Positions 1 to 12,057 of a stretch of DNA of 64,000 bases are shown in pieces. The first letter of the stretch is position 1; every line of letters begins with the position of its first letter. Origin of the DNA: Asterias rubens (taxonomy: Eukaryota); assembly GCF_902459465.1 (NCBI RefSeq), contig NC_047082.1:10292001-10356000 (forward strand), written 5' to 3'. The notes beneath the pieces are model-generated. The model searched no databases. It was given only the letters and a program-made list of their open reading frames with translations, and had not been told where the DNA came from. A program made the position numbers and the translations under genes.

Positions 1-953
1 GTCTTTTTGAAGAAACAAAATGAAAATAAAAAAATCTTTTCAACAAGGATGCAGCCTCAAAAAAGAAGGAGGGACGGGACGATCAACTGTTTTTTTTAAA
101 GGTTTTTTTTGTCAGCCTAAATATATTTCTGGTGAAATAAGACAAGGTGTAATGTCTGACATGTAGTAGTACCCCTAGGCTAAACATGCCAAAGTTTATA
201 CATACTGTACATGTACGTGTTTACAAATGGCAATGTTCGATTAGTTATTCTTCCACGTACATGTACACTGTATTGCCCCTCGGGGTCTGAACCAAGCAGA
301 ATTAACCTTTACATTTTGTACAGTGTATCCTACTCTGTATTCCCCTCTGCAAGTTTCTCATTTCGCTAACAAACCAATGTCTATTATGCAACCGGTACCG
401 GACCCATGACACTGCTCAGTCTGTAATTGTAGTGGTTTATGATGTCTACATGGATAGAGAAAAACCTTGAATAGTAAGCCCTGTTTCATCGCTCTGCTCA
501 TTGCCCACTCCTCTCACGAGGATAGTGCCAAAATTATTCTCTAGCTGTGTAAGTTTTGGGATGAAGAATGTCAGACTTTAATCTGAATTCATATTTTTTG
601 TTCACATCTGTCCGGTGCAAACCATAGAGCAATGAAAAGAGTATTGTAATCCCCCCCCCCCAAAAAAACCTTTAAAAAACACGATCTTCTCTAGCACTGA
701 TGATTGCATTCCCAAAGCTCTTTGCATCTGTTGTTACTTCATCGGTTCTCTAAGGGTGTACATTTAACAATACCTAAATGCAGATTTCAGTGCAGCCTTA
801 GAATTGTCTACCGCCCCCCCCCCCCAAAGAAAAATAAAATTAATGAATAAATAAAATTAAAATTTAAATGTTTTAAAAAACAAATAAAACAATAAACATT
901 TAGTTGTTATTGGTTTTTATTTATCATTTATTTTTCTCTCTTTTATGCTACAG

Positions 954-3900
954 GTAAAATTTCTTGTTGAAAGTGAAGTGTTTGAGAGATACAAGCAAGT
1001 CAAATTTGAGCTCGGTAAGTTTCTCTGATCTCTTTTTAGTCTGGCAAAATAAATTCTGGCGAAGGGAAATGAAAAGTTATCCAGTGATTGAATTTTGTCA
1101 GAAATTGTCAGGATTGAATACTTAAAGCCATTGGACCCTTTCGGTAAACAGTGTTGTCCAAGGCCCACACTTTGTGAACCACAACTTCTATATCAAATAA
1201 CAAACCTGTGAAAATTTAGGCTCAATCGGTCATCGGAGTTGGGAGAAAACAACAGAAAACCCCACCCTTGTTTCCGCGCGTTTCGCCGTGTCATGACATG
1301 TGTTTAAAATAAATCCGTAATTCTCGTAAACAAGAATTTATATTGTTTTGCTGTTTTCTCAAAAAGTAAAGCATTTCATGGAATAATATTTCAAGAGAAG
1401 TCTTTCACCATTGCCTTCTGTAAACCCTGTAAGTTATTTGTAAATCTGTGAATTTCTATTTTTTTTCTGAACCGAAAGGGTCCAATGGCTTTAAAGGCTG
1501 TAAACACTATTGGTGTATAAAGTCAAAATAATTATTAGCATAAAACCTTACTTGGTAACGAGTAATGGAGAGCTGTTGAAAGTATTAAACATTGTGAGAA
1601 ACGGCTCCCTCTGAAATGACAGAGTTTTTGAGAGAGAAGTTATTTTCTATGAATTTGATTTTGAGACCTCAGATTTAGAACTTGAGTTTTCAAAATTAAG
1701 CATGTGAAAGCACACAACTTTGTGTGACAATGGTGTTTTTTCTTCCATTGTTATCTCGCAACTTCGACGACCATTGAGCTCAAATTTTCACAGGTTTGTT
1801 ATTTTATGCATTATGTTGAGATACACCAAGTGAGAAGACTGGCCTTTGACAATAACCAATAGTGTCCAGTGTCACTAAACAAAACCTTATGTGTTTTGTT
1901 ATCTTGGAAGTTGTGTTGGCTTCAGATTAAAGATGCTATCTCAGATTTTTTGCTGATTTGACCCAAAAATTGTGATTTAAAATTCAATATGTATTTTGAT
2001 GGGGGTCGAGAAAGTTACAAGCTTTCATTTGAGCCATTGCTCGAAAAAGTCCGCCAATTATTAGTAGCAGTGAAATAAAGTGCTCAAAATTAGTTTTTGT
2101 CGGGATCCCAATATAACACGTGACCAATTCTTATGTGTTTTATAAGAAACGTTTTAAATTTTTGTCAAGTTTCCTGACCATTAAAAGTAAAAGTTAAACT
2201 TTTTTTTGTTAGAGCGTGTGATACTCTTTGAAATACCATTCACTCAAAACAATCTATTTTTTAATGTTTGGGGCCAAAAATCTGACATAGCATCTTTAAA
2301 TAAATAAAAAATGAAATATTCTACTAAAATTATGAATATTTCATTTTTACTTAGTAGCTGTGAGTGACGGCCGGCCCGACCAGTGTGATGGGACCCAATT
2401 CTTGAATGATACCTGCATCTTTCTATCAATCATTTCCTGCTTCCCTACCTGTATTAATTTTGTGTAACTAATTGACTTTTTCCTCACTCTGCTTTCTGTT
2501 TTTGCTGCAAGTCATTTTACTGCACCATTTTTCTGACGTTGAATAATAATATAATATAATATCGATATCAAAGTCTTATATAGCGCACGTATCTACCAAA
2601 CAAGGTACTCAAGGCGCTGAGTATATACAAACTTTCAGAAAGATAGGTAATTGCAGTGATGAATTCTGAGACCCAATTATTTAGCACCTTATAAGGGTTT
2701 ACAAGGTGCTAAGGCGCATTAAGCAGCCACAACCAGGAACACCGGGGCGAACCCCTTCTCTTTTCAAAAAGTGCACTGGGTTCTTTTACATGCGTTACAC
2801 AACACATGGGACCAACGGCTTTACGTCCCATCTGAAGGACGAAGCAATGGTTAAGTGTCTTGCTCAAGGACACAAGTGTCACGGCTGGGGATTCGAACCC
2901 ACACTCTGCTGATCAGAAACACCAGAGTTTGAATTCGGTGCTCTTAACCGCTCGGCCACGACACTTCCACTAATAAGTATACTTTTCTAGTGACATTACT
3001 GAACTAACAGTGGTTCTGGGCAAGTTTAACACCTGGCAAGAATGGGTAAAAATTGAAGTGTAGTTTAATGGGAGACTTTTGGGACGCTTGGTGGCAGCAG
3101 ACTTACCAGGTAAAAATCCATTGTTCTCAGTAATCTGCGCATGCTCAGAACTATAAAAGCAATGGAAATTTACCTGGTAAGTCTGCTGCCACCTAGCGTT
3201 CCAAAGTCTCCCATTGGAACGAATCTGAATGAAAAGAAAGGTTTTTATTTACAATACACACGAATTACAATGTATAAGTGAGATCTTGCATTTTAAAGCG
3301 ATTTAATTAGTTGAATTAATTTTTGCTGAAATTGGCTGGGGTAACCTATTTTATTTTGTATGTACATGTATTGTTGGATTATAATTTTTAAAAATAAGTA
3401 GTAAACAATTAAAACTTCTGAGTATTTCTGGGGAAGCCTTTCAGGGAAATGCTGTTTGAACAAAAGACCGATCCATTAAGCTCCGCCCTATTGCGTATTG
3501 GCCAATCACAACGCAACGAAGGTCCGACAAATCAAGTCCGACATGCGTGTGCGTATGCCTGGCGCGCGCAGTAGAGTTGTGCAGAAAGGCATTGGAGAGG
3601 CTCCTAGTTCTTGCACACACGTGAGTTGTGGGCAGAGCCTAATGGATCGGTCTATTCCTAGCAAGAACAAGATCATTCGTTTTTATCAAATACAAAGAAG
3701 AAGAAAAAAAACATTAGTCCAATTACTATAATAAAAAAAACATGAATGCTGAAACAACCACATTTGTGCAAACATTAAACAAGACACAGACAGACAGTAA
3801 AGACAATAAATAAGTAATAAGTAGGCCTAATGTTTGTAATAAAAATACATGGGATCATCTGGACTTTGTTAGCATGGCCAAGAATCCATGCATCCCTACT

Positions 3901-6900
3901 CATTTATCCTCCTAAACACATCTCAAAATTCCAAACTGCACAAGGACCCTCACATTTGATTAGCATCTGAAAACATAATTTCCACTTTCTCATTGCCAAA
4001 CGATATTTGGTTACCATGGTAACACGCCCACCAATCTCATTTTCGTGCAGAGGTAGACCTTGATCCCAGCAGAACCTGGTGCCCCGAAGTCGGCTGTGAG
4101 ACTATCTGTCATGTGTGCAACGGGGACCCGTCTAAAGCTAAGCCGGTGCATTGCCCGACCGTGAGTATGCATATATTTTTTTTTACATCTTCATCAAACT
4201 AAGAACACATTAAAAAAACTAGTTGGATAAATTAAAAATACATTAATTTACAGGATAATATATATTATATTGTTATACATGAAGTCTGAAAACTTACTGA
4301 TTATCATGAAGTTAATACACTACTACATTTAAAAACATTTTTTTTTCTGTGAAATACTTGCCTGTATAAAAGTGAAGTCATATTCTGAATAAATGTACGT
4401 ATCTGGAAACCTAAACAAAATGTGACTGCTGAGTCTGGTTCAATATTAAGGACATTGTGTTTTATGTTGAAAATTTGCATTGCTACTAATTTCTTTGACC
4501 TACTCACTGGAATAGGCCCATCTTCATAAAGGGTGTAAGCACAAAAACTTGCTAAACACAGAATAGTATTGCTTAGCAGAATCAGTTTATCAGCCCAAAT
4601 TACATTTAAAAGTTTGCATTGTTGTGGCTGGTGCCCGACTCAATTTTTGCTTAGCAAAGAAATTTGTCAAGCAGTACTACTGTCTGCTTATAAAACAGCT
4701 TTATTAAATTTGGCCCAGGTTTGATCACACAAAGCATGAACACTTCCTGGACTATTTTGTCAGTTCTAGAAATCCCAATTTTAGCCTTCGAGAAAGACTC
4801 TGCTAGGGTTGACACGTCAGGCCATTAAATATTTTTGAAGAAACCCTGTCATACTTTTAACAAGTATTTTCAAGTCGGTCCAATAGTTCTTTTTAGGATG
4901 TTTTTTCTTTTCTGTATTTTTTGTCTATAGTGCGGTACAAATTTCTGTTCAATCTGCAAATCCCGTTGGCACGCCAACCTGTCATGTGGTGAATACATGG
5001 GCACGTTGACACACAAGGCCAGCTCAAGTTCTCATGTTCTGGAAGCGCTCGGGTAAGTTAAAGACACTGGACACTATCCGTAATTACACAAAATATATAG
5101 TAGCATTAATACTAACTTGGTAATGAGCAATAGAGAGCTGTTGATAGTAAAAAACATTGTGAGAAACGGTTCCTTCTGAAGTAACATAGTTTTTCAGAAA
5201 GATTTTTTTTTTCAAGAATTTGATTTCTAGACCTCAGAATTAGATTTTGAGGTCCCGAAACCAAGCATCTGAAAGCACACAACTTTGGGTGACAATGGTG
5301 TTTTTTCTTGCATTTTTATCTCGCAACTTAAACGACCAATTGAGCTCAAACTTGCACAGGTTTGTTATTTCATGCATATGTTGAGATACACCAAGTGAGA
5401 AGACTGGTGTCCAGTGTCTTTAAATGAAGGCTTAATCTGAATTGGCAGCTTCAGCTCTGGCTACGACTGCTGCTAAGGATGTTGCTAAGGTCGTCCTCAA
5501 GAATGTCCTTTACTTTAACAAACAGATTTCGCTTGTAAGCAGATAATAATATTGGATGTGGTTCTCTTGTAGTTTACCCTTTGACAATGAGGATGTAGCC
5601 AAGATTAAACGCTGTCCGATGTGTCATATACCGATTGAACGAGATGAGGGGTGCGCACAGATGATGTGCAAAAGATGTAAACACGTATTCTGTTGGTACT
5701 GCCTGGCAAATCTTGACGTAAGTTTAATTCTTGATTCAAAATCTTGCCAAAAGTTAATTCTTTATTCTAAATCTGGATGAAATATTAATATTGACTCAAA
5801 CCATTGACAAATTTATTGTAATTCTGGACGAATGTATATTCTTTGTTTTAAATCTTGACGTAAGTTTAATATTTACTCTAAGTCTTGCTGAAAGTTATTC
5901 TTGACTCTAAATTATTGGTGTTTCACTATTGCCAATGTTTTCTATATTGTACTGCACCCGCTGTTTTGTGGGTTTATATTATTTACTTTTCAAGGTTGCC
6001 TTGACTCCTGTATTTATTTCTTAATGCTCAAAAATATTTACTGTTTTGTTCTAGTTAAATCAATTTTAGACATGTGTGAGTTTGCCATTTTGTCTTGGTT
6101 GTTTTAAAACAATGTACATCGAATAAATACATAAATTAGGCCTAAAATAAATATACAAATTAAATCAAAGATGATTCATGCGGGGTTATGGTTTCTGACC
6201 CAGTGCCAAGAAGGGTAATTTTTGTTTTTGTTTCTTTTTGTTGTATATTGTTTTAACCCTTACACCAATGTTAATTAAGCACTGTATACTCGTACTTTCC
6301 CGAGTTCTGCGAACAAAACAAACCACTCGGGTGGGATTCAGACACTTTTTTTTCTTCTGTTCCCACTTAAATTTCTTTGAGTTCTTTGAGTAAATGGTTT
6401 GTTTTTGTTTAAAATTTTCAATGTTTTCTTAGATATTGCATTTGTATTGTATTTCTATACCACATGTTCTACATTTTTTTCTCAGCTTTGGCTTACGCTT
6501 TTTTAAATGGTTATATAAAGTGTACATTTATGTATGTTTTTGTTTGTATTTAGCGCCAGGAGCACTTTGTTGGATTTGTGCGTTTTATAAGTTTTCATTA
6601 ATATTATTATTTTATTATTACGAATCATTCTCACAGGACGACTTTTTACTGCGGCACTATGATAAGGGGCCATGCAAGAACAAACTCGGGCATTCCAGAG
6701 CGTCTGTCATTTGGCACAGAACACAGGTAAGGGTAGTCAAGAGTAAGGGGTGCTCTATAATTCACAGATAGAGGGGGCTGTGGTAGCTTGGCCATGGCAA
6801 AATCTCCAACAACTCCATATTGAGAAAAGCAAGTGCAGAGATAATCTGTTATGCCATAACACTGGATGTAAGTATAAAAAGAAGGCCGAGCTACGATATG

Positions 6901-8517
6901 TTATATTCACACCAGTACATTAGTATGTCTGTGAAACTTTGAAATTGAAAAAAAAAAAAAAAAAAAAACTAAATTTACCCAGAAATGATCCTATAATAGA
7001 TCAACATTTTTGAGTTTGACTGTTTTGGCATGAAGGGCCGAGCTGCAAGTGATGACCCGTTTTCAGCTTTTTACACCCTGTTTTTAATCTGTCATTTGCA
7101 TAAAATGTTTGCCCTTTATTTGATTTAAAGCCATTGGACACTTTCGGTAAACAGTAATTCCAAGGTCCACACTTCGTGTGTCACAACTTATATATAAAAT
7201 AACAAACCTGTGAAAAATTAGGCTCAGTCGGTCTTCGGAGTCGGGAGAAAATAATGGGAAAACCCTTGTTTCCGCACGTTTCACCGTGTCATGACATGTG
7301 TTTTAAATAAATCCATGTTTCTCGATATCGAGAATTGATATTGTTTTAATGTTTTCCCAAAAAGTAAAGCATTTCATGGAATAATATTTCAAGAGAAGTC
7401 TTTTACCATTACCTTCTGTAAACCCTGTAAGTTATGTGTAAATCTGTGAACTTTAAAAAAAATGTCTGCACTGAAAGTGTCCAATGGCTTTTTACTGCTG
7501 CTGTGTTTTGTCACAAGGAAAAGAGCCTACAGTATGTTATTGCGGTCAGTATTTTGTGTTCAGTTGAAGAGGGTTGATTTGGCTTTGTTTCCTGTGAAGA
7601 TTATTTTAGGATACGCTTGAACTCTGTCATTTCCTGGTATAGTGTACTCTAACCAATATTTATAGAAACAGCTTCCACGATAACCCAGAGTTTATTTATA
7701 ACTTTGGTTTCCACCACAAATGTTTCTTGATATGCATGCCACCAGAAGGATTGTGTCAACTTGTCTAAAGTTATTATTGAAAATATTGTTGTGCTATTTG
7801 CCGCCAGCCCAGATTGAATGTTTTAAAAATTTACTGAATAATGTAAATGTTTTTTACTCCTATTATATTGTGATAATTCTGTTTCTTATTGTATTATGTG
7901 TCCATACAGTTGTACTTGTAAGGTTTTTACTAGTGCCATGTTCAGCACCCTAGTGTATGTCAACATGACTAAAGCGCTGTATTAATTTTGGTATTTTTAT
8001 TATTTTATTCTTATTGATTTCAGGTGATTGGAGGGATGGATTGATTGAATATTTAATAATTTATAAATATATTGATTGATAAATTAGTTGATGGATTGAT
8101 AAATTAGTTGGTTATTGGATAAGTTAATTGATTGAATTTTTATTTACCGGTACCTAATTTATTTATTAATAAGGTGATTGATTAATAAATTATTAAATTT
8201 ACTTCTTTATTACTTTACAAAACTTGGCCTGTAATCTATGTTTTATTCAATAACAATAAATTCATGTCAGTAGACAATGAACTTTTTTACCATTAAACAA
8301 GGTTAGTGAAAAAAAAGGTGAATTAATTGATTGATTAATTGACTGATTGATTGATTTATTTAATGATTGATTTCAGGTTATTGGAATCTTCGCTGGATTT
8401 GGCCTTCTCCTCTTTCTTGCCTCACCCTTTCTCCTCCTCGTTGCTCCATGCATCCTCTGCTGTAAATGTAAATGGTGTCGATGCTGCGACGAAGACGACG
8501 ACCTCCCACCAGCTTGA
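954..8517 (+). CDS. RNF144A: RBR-type E3 ubiquitin ligase RNF144A-like, 5'-partial (IBR, RING2 and C-terminal TM helix)
   Basis: Exons 954-1014, 4051-4160, 4931-5052, 5573-5717, 6637-6726 and 8377-8517 join in phase with AG/GT ends. Translation includes [99 protein letters not shown] and [31 protein letters not shown]...DDDLPPA*. The TM helix has a GxxxG motif. Upstream exons lie outside the window. Confidence 0.93.
1126..1490. mobile_element. Non-autonomous TTAA-flanked DNA transposon (Kolobok-type MITE, family A)
   Basis: Perfect 20-bp TIR AGCCATTGGACCCTTTCGGT, TTAA on both sides (1122-1125 and 1491-1494), and AG...CT termini. Confidence 0.85.
1495..1874. mobile_element. Kolobok-type MITE (family B) sharing a TTAA with the preceding element
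   Basis: Starts AGGCTGTAAACACTATTGG directly after TTAA 1491-1494 and ends CCAATAGTGTCCAGTGTC with a decayed right end. Confidence 0.75.
2542..2970 (-). mobile_element. Full-length tRNA-derived SINE
   Basis: On the minus strand: A box TGGCCGAGCGG, B box GGTTCGAATCC, then GTGACACTTGTGTCCTTGAGCAAG, and a tail GCGCTATATAAGA plus (ATT)-rich repeat. Confidence 0.85.
3067..3215. mobile_element. Short palindromic MITE
   Basis: Roughly 55-bp arms: AATGGGAGACTTT...AGACTTACCAGGTAAA and TTTACCTGGTAAGTCT...AAAGTCTCCCATT. Confidence 0.75.
3465..3653. mobile_element. MITE with AGACC...GGTCT termini (AT-flanked, ISL2EU-like)
   Basis: TIR AGACCGATCCATTAAGCTCCGCCC and GGGCAGAGCCTAATGGATCGGTCT|AT. Confidence 0.65.
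5062..5419. mobile_element. Kolobok-type MITE (family B)
   Basis: 13-bp TIR AGACACTGGACAC, with TTAA at 5058-5061 and 5420-5423. Confidence 0.85.
5707..5910. repeat. Degenerate roughly 30-bp tandem repeat starting at an RNF144A exon/intron junction
   Basis: AAATCTTGACGTAAGTTTAAT at 5707 and again at 5850, with decayed units between and after. Confidence 0.65.
7129..7489. mobile_element. Kolobok-type MITE (family A)
   Basis: TIR AGCCATTGGACACTTTC, near-identical body to 1126-1490, right TSD mutated. Confidence 0.8.
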
Positions 8518-9026
8518 GACGCCAACACCGAGGGGACGAGTCTGTAAATATCAAAAGGATATAGTAAATACATGTACACTACCATAGGTTAAAGAAGGAT
8601 AGTGGTTTATTCTCTCAAAACCTCTTGTTCCCAAGGAAGACATTATGTGACTCAGCTGAAGGACATTTTGTCGAAGCGAGCCTTGCCCGATGGGAGGACA
8701 TCTTCTCAGCATAAAACGGCGCATCAATCTAAAGGATCTGAATGTCTTGTTTTAGGAGACACGATTGGGGAAAATACGTGCAGGCGGTCAGCCGAGGGTC
8801 ACACGTCCTTATGAGAGTTTCCAGTGAATGTTTTTCTGGGAAAGACATTGTAGATCGATTTGATTTGCTACATGTCACGTTTGAAGAAGAAAAAAGACTT
8901 GCTGGCAAGCTTTATAAACTCTGGCATGTTTGGCCTTCGTTGTTGTCAAAGGGGGAAGCACATGGAACTTAGGTTGCCAGCTACAAGACAAGTCACGCTA
9001 CAAGACAAGTCACGCAATCCGACGAT

Positions 9027-9789
9027 AGCTCAGGGGCTAGCTATTGATGTGAGCTAGGGGGCTAGCTATGTGAGCTCAGGGGCTAGCTATGTGACCTTCG
9101 GGGCTAGCTATGTGACCTTCGGGGCTAGCTATGTGAGCTCGGGGCTAGCTATGCGAGTTCGGCAGCTAGCTGAGTGAGCTCGGGGGCTAGCTGTGAGAGC
9201 TCGGTGGCTAGCGATGAGAGCTCGGGGGCTAGCTATATGAGCTCGGGGCTAGCTATGTGATCTCAGGGGCTAGCTGTGTGAGCTCGTGGGCTAGCTATGT
9301 GAGCTCAGGGGCTAGAGATGAGAGCTCGGGGGCTAGCTACGTATATGAGCTAGGGGGCTAGCCATGTGAGCTCAGGGGCTAGCTATGTGACCTTCGGGGC
9401 TAGCTATGTGAGCTCGGGGGCTAGCTATGCGAGTTCAGCGGCTAGAGATGAGAGCTCAGGGGCTAGCTATGTGAGATAGGGGGCTAGCTATAAACTCAGG
9501 GGCTAGCTATGTGAGTTCAGGGGCTAGCTGTGTGAGCTCAGGGGCTAGCTGTGTGAAAGCTTAGGGGCTAGCCATGTGAGAGTTTAGGGGCTAGCTATGA
9601 GAGCTCGGGGGCTAGCTATGTGAGTTTAGGGGCTAGCTATGTGAGCTCGGGGGCTTCCTGTGTGAGAGCTTAGGGGCTGCCATGTAAGGACAGCAGCTAG
9701 CCATGTTGGCTCAGGGGCTAGCCATGTAAGGTCAGCAGCTAGTCATGTTGGCTCAGGGGCTAGCCATGTGAGAGTTTAGGGGCTAGCTA
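9027..9789. repeat. Minisatellite of about 35 copies of a 21-22-bp unit GGGGCTAGCTATGTGAGCTCA
   Basis: Directly visible tandem array with variant units and no unique spacers. Confidence 0.95.
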
Positions 9790-10051
9790 AGAGAGATCAT
9801 GGTCTTCAAATATGAGCGTTGTTCCCATCCTGATTTTGAGCACTTCTAAAACAAGTGAAAACATCTTTCACTGCCTAAAAAAAACCACTGTCTTCATCTA
9901 TAATTTATTTTTAGCAAATATGGCAGTGTATTTGTATTAATTATTTATGTTAAAGTAATTCATTTTGGGTGTTCATCGGTAGTTTTATTGGCTATGAGAT
10001 GGGATTTCTTTTTAAAAATTAAATTGGGAGAATCGGTTACTGCCCTCTCGA

Positions 10052-10372
10052 CCTTACTTGCTTAAGTCGAGTGATGTCATCGAATCACGTTGGTTCCCCA
10101 AGCCTTTCTGTCCCCCATTGCCGACTTAAAATCTGTTGATTCAAATCCCGTGTCCATTTTGAGAATGTCAGTATAAGTTAGTGCCGGTCTACCAGGTTTC
10201 CTCCTCCCATGCTTAGGGGTCCACCGAACAATATTGGACACTGGTTCACTTTGCTCCTGTAGCAGTGGCAAGCAAAGCGCATCCTTCTCTGTCTGATTTT
10301 TTGCTGAGAGCTTGGGTAGATTCCATGTAGGACTTTGTTTGTCATATTTTGACTCCAGTGGATGTTAAGAGC
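10052..10372 (-). mobile_element. 3' fragment of an RTE/RTEX-like non-LTR retrotransposon
   Basis: Frameshifted translation gives NIHW...TN...KIRQRRMRFA.HC.RS.EPVSNIVRWTPKHGRRKPGRPALTYTDILKMDTG, followed by a TAAG-type tail. Confidence 0.75.
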
Positions 10373-10690
10373 TCGACCACCTGGCCAGTAATTTTAACAA
10401 TGTGTCAGTAACCCCAATGGATTGACATACCTTCTAGGCCACTATGCCACTAGCCTGAGAATTTTAGCAGAGGGCGCTGGTTCAAATCCCACTCTAGTCA
10501 GTTTGTCTTTGTTCACCCTAAAATTGATTTATAACTGCCAATTCACCTTGTGGTTAGTTTACTTGAAACAATTATTCTCTGTGTAATTTTGTACATTTAT
10601 GTAATATTTTTACAAATAATGGATGACATTGTGGTAGTTACAATGTATAAAGCACAACCTTTGCACATTAAGGTGTTCTGATAAGTTTAA

Positions 10691-11067
10691 AGGCAGTGGA
10701 CACTATTGGTGATTGTCAAAGACTAGACTTCACAGTTGGTGTATCTCAACATATGCATAAAAAAACAAACCTGTGAAAGTTTGAGCTCAATCAGTCATCG
10801 AACTTGCGAGATAATAATGAAAGAAAAACAACCCTTGTCACACAAAGTTGTGTGCGTTTAGATGGTTGATTTCGAGACCTCAAGTTCTAATTCTGAGGTC
10901 TCGAAATCAAATTCGTGGAAAATTACTTCTTTCTCAAAAACTATGTCAGTTCAGAGGGAGCCACTTCTTACAATGTTTTAAACCATCAACCTCTCCCCAT
11001 TACTCGTCACCAAGAAGGTTTTGTGCTAATAATTATTTTGAGTCATTACCAATATTGTCTACTGCCT
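10691..11067. mobile_element. Kolobok-type MITE (family B)
   Basis: AGGCAGTGGACACTATTGG...CCAATATTGTCTACTGCCT, with TTAA on both sides. Confidence 0.85.
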
Positions 11068-11429
11068 TTAATTCTTTTTGTCAGTTGTGAAGAATACTTG
11101 ATTACTTGAAGCGTTATATTTTGGTAAATTATTTTCATATTGTTTTGGTTTTTATTTACTCAAGCATCGTTTGCCGTGCAATTTTGTTGTGTACCTTGTG
11201 TTCGTTGCTAATCTGAATGAGAACAAAAGAATGAAAAAACCTGTGACTGTGTGTGGTTTAGACTAAGTCATTATAAATAGAGAAATGCACTCATCACTGT
11301 ACATGTAGTCATGTTTGAGGTGGTCAAAAGCTGAAGTATTTTATTGCCGATTCACCATGTGCGTGTCCGTACATAAAGTAGTATTACAACAATGTTGTGC
11401 ACAATGTGATGATAGTAATAATTATCATA

Positions 11430-11677
11430 GTGTGCGTTTGAACAGCTTCCCTGGGTCAACCCTAATCTGCCCCTGATCTGTTTGAATAGTTTTGACGTCA
11501 TTCCAGGGGCTCACCCGGGTCAGCCCCAAGTGCCCTGCTTGTGGAACGGGTCACTTGGGGCTGGCCCGAGGTGCATGACGTCACCAGGAGAGGGTGAGTG
11601 ATTTGATTAGCTCTTGTCAGGGGCTCTCCCGAATGAGCACCGCGGAGTCGACACAGGGAAGCTAATCGAACGCACCC
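11430..11677. mobile_element. MITE with GTGCGTT(C/T)GA...CTTCCCTGGGTC TIRs
   Basis: Left GTGCGTTTGAACAGCTTCCCTGGGTC, right GACACAGGGAAGCTAATCGAACGCAC. The same end motif occurs near 28135-28158 and 46083-46111. Confidence 0.65.
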
Positions 11678-11766
11678 ATTAAAACCACAACTCCTTCCTC
11701 CCTCTAGAAAAATCCAACACCATTGGGTAAACTTGACTCCAAACCTGGTATGGTGTACATGTACAT

Positions 11767-12057
11767 GGGGTCAATTTCACAAAGAGTTAGGACTAGTCCT
11801 AACTTAGGACTAGTCCTAGGAGATATCAAAAACGAATGGCTAGTCCTAAGTTAGGACGAGTAACTTGTCCTAACTTAGGACTAGTCCTAGGAGATATCAA
11901 AAACGAATGGCTAGTCCTAAGTTAGGACGAGTAACTTGTCCTAACTTAGGACTAGTCCTAGGAGATATCAAAAACGAATGGCTAGTCCTAAGTTAGGATG
12001 AGTAACTTGTCCTAACTTGAGATAAGACTAGTCCTAACTCTTTGTGAAATCCACCCC
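11767..12057. mobile_element. MITE carrying an internal triplication of a 71-bp unit
   Basis: TIR GGGGTCAATTTCACAAAGAGTTAGGACTAGTC. AGATATC recurs at 11821, 11892 and 11963. A monomeric relative lies at 50941-51064. Confidence 0.85.

Noticed and set aside
9027-9789. Regular short repeats that could be taken for a CRISPR array (also 11798-12018)
   Set aside because: Units are head-to-tail with no unique spacers, there are no cas genes, and the context is a spliced eukaryotic genome.
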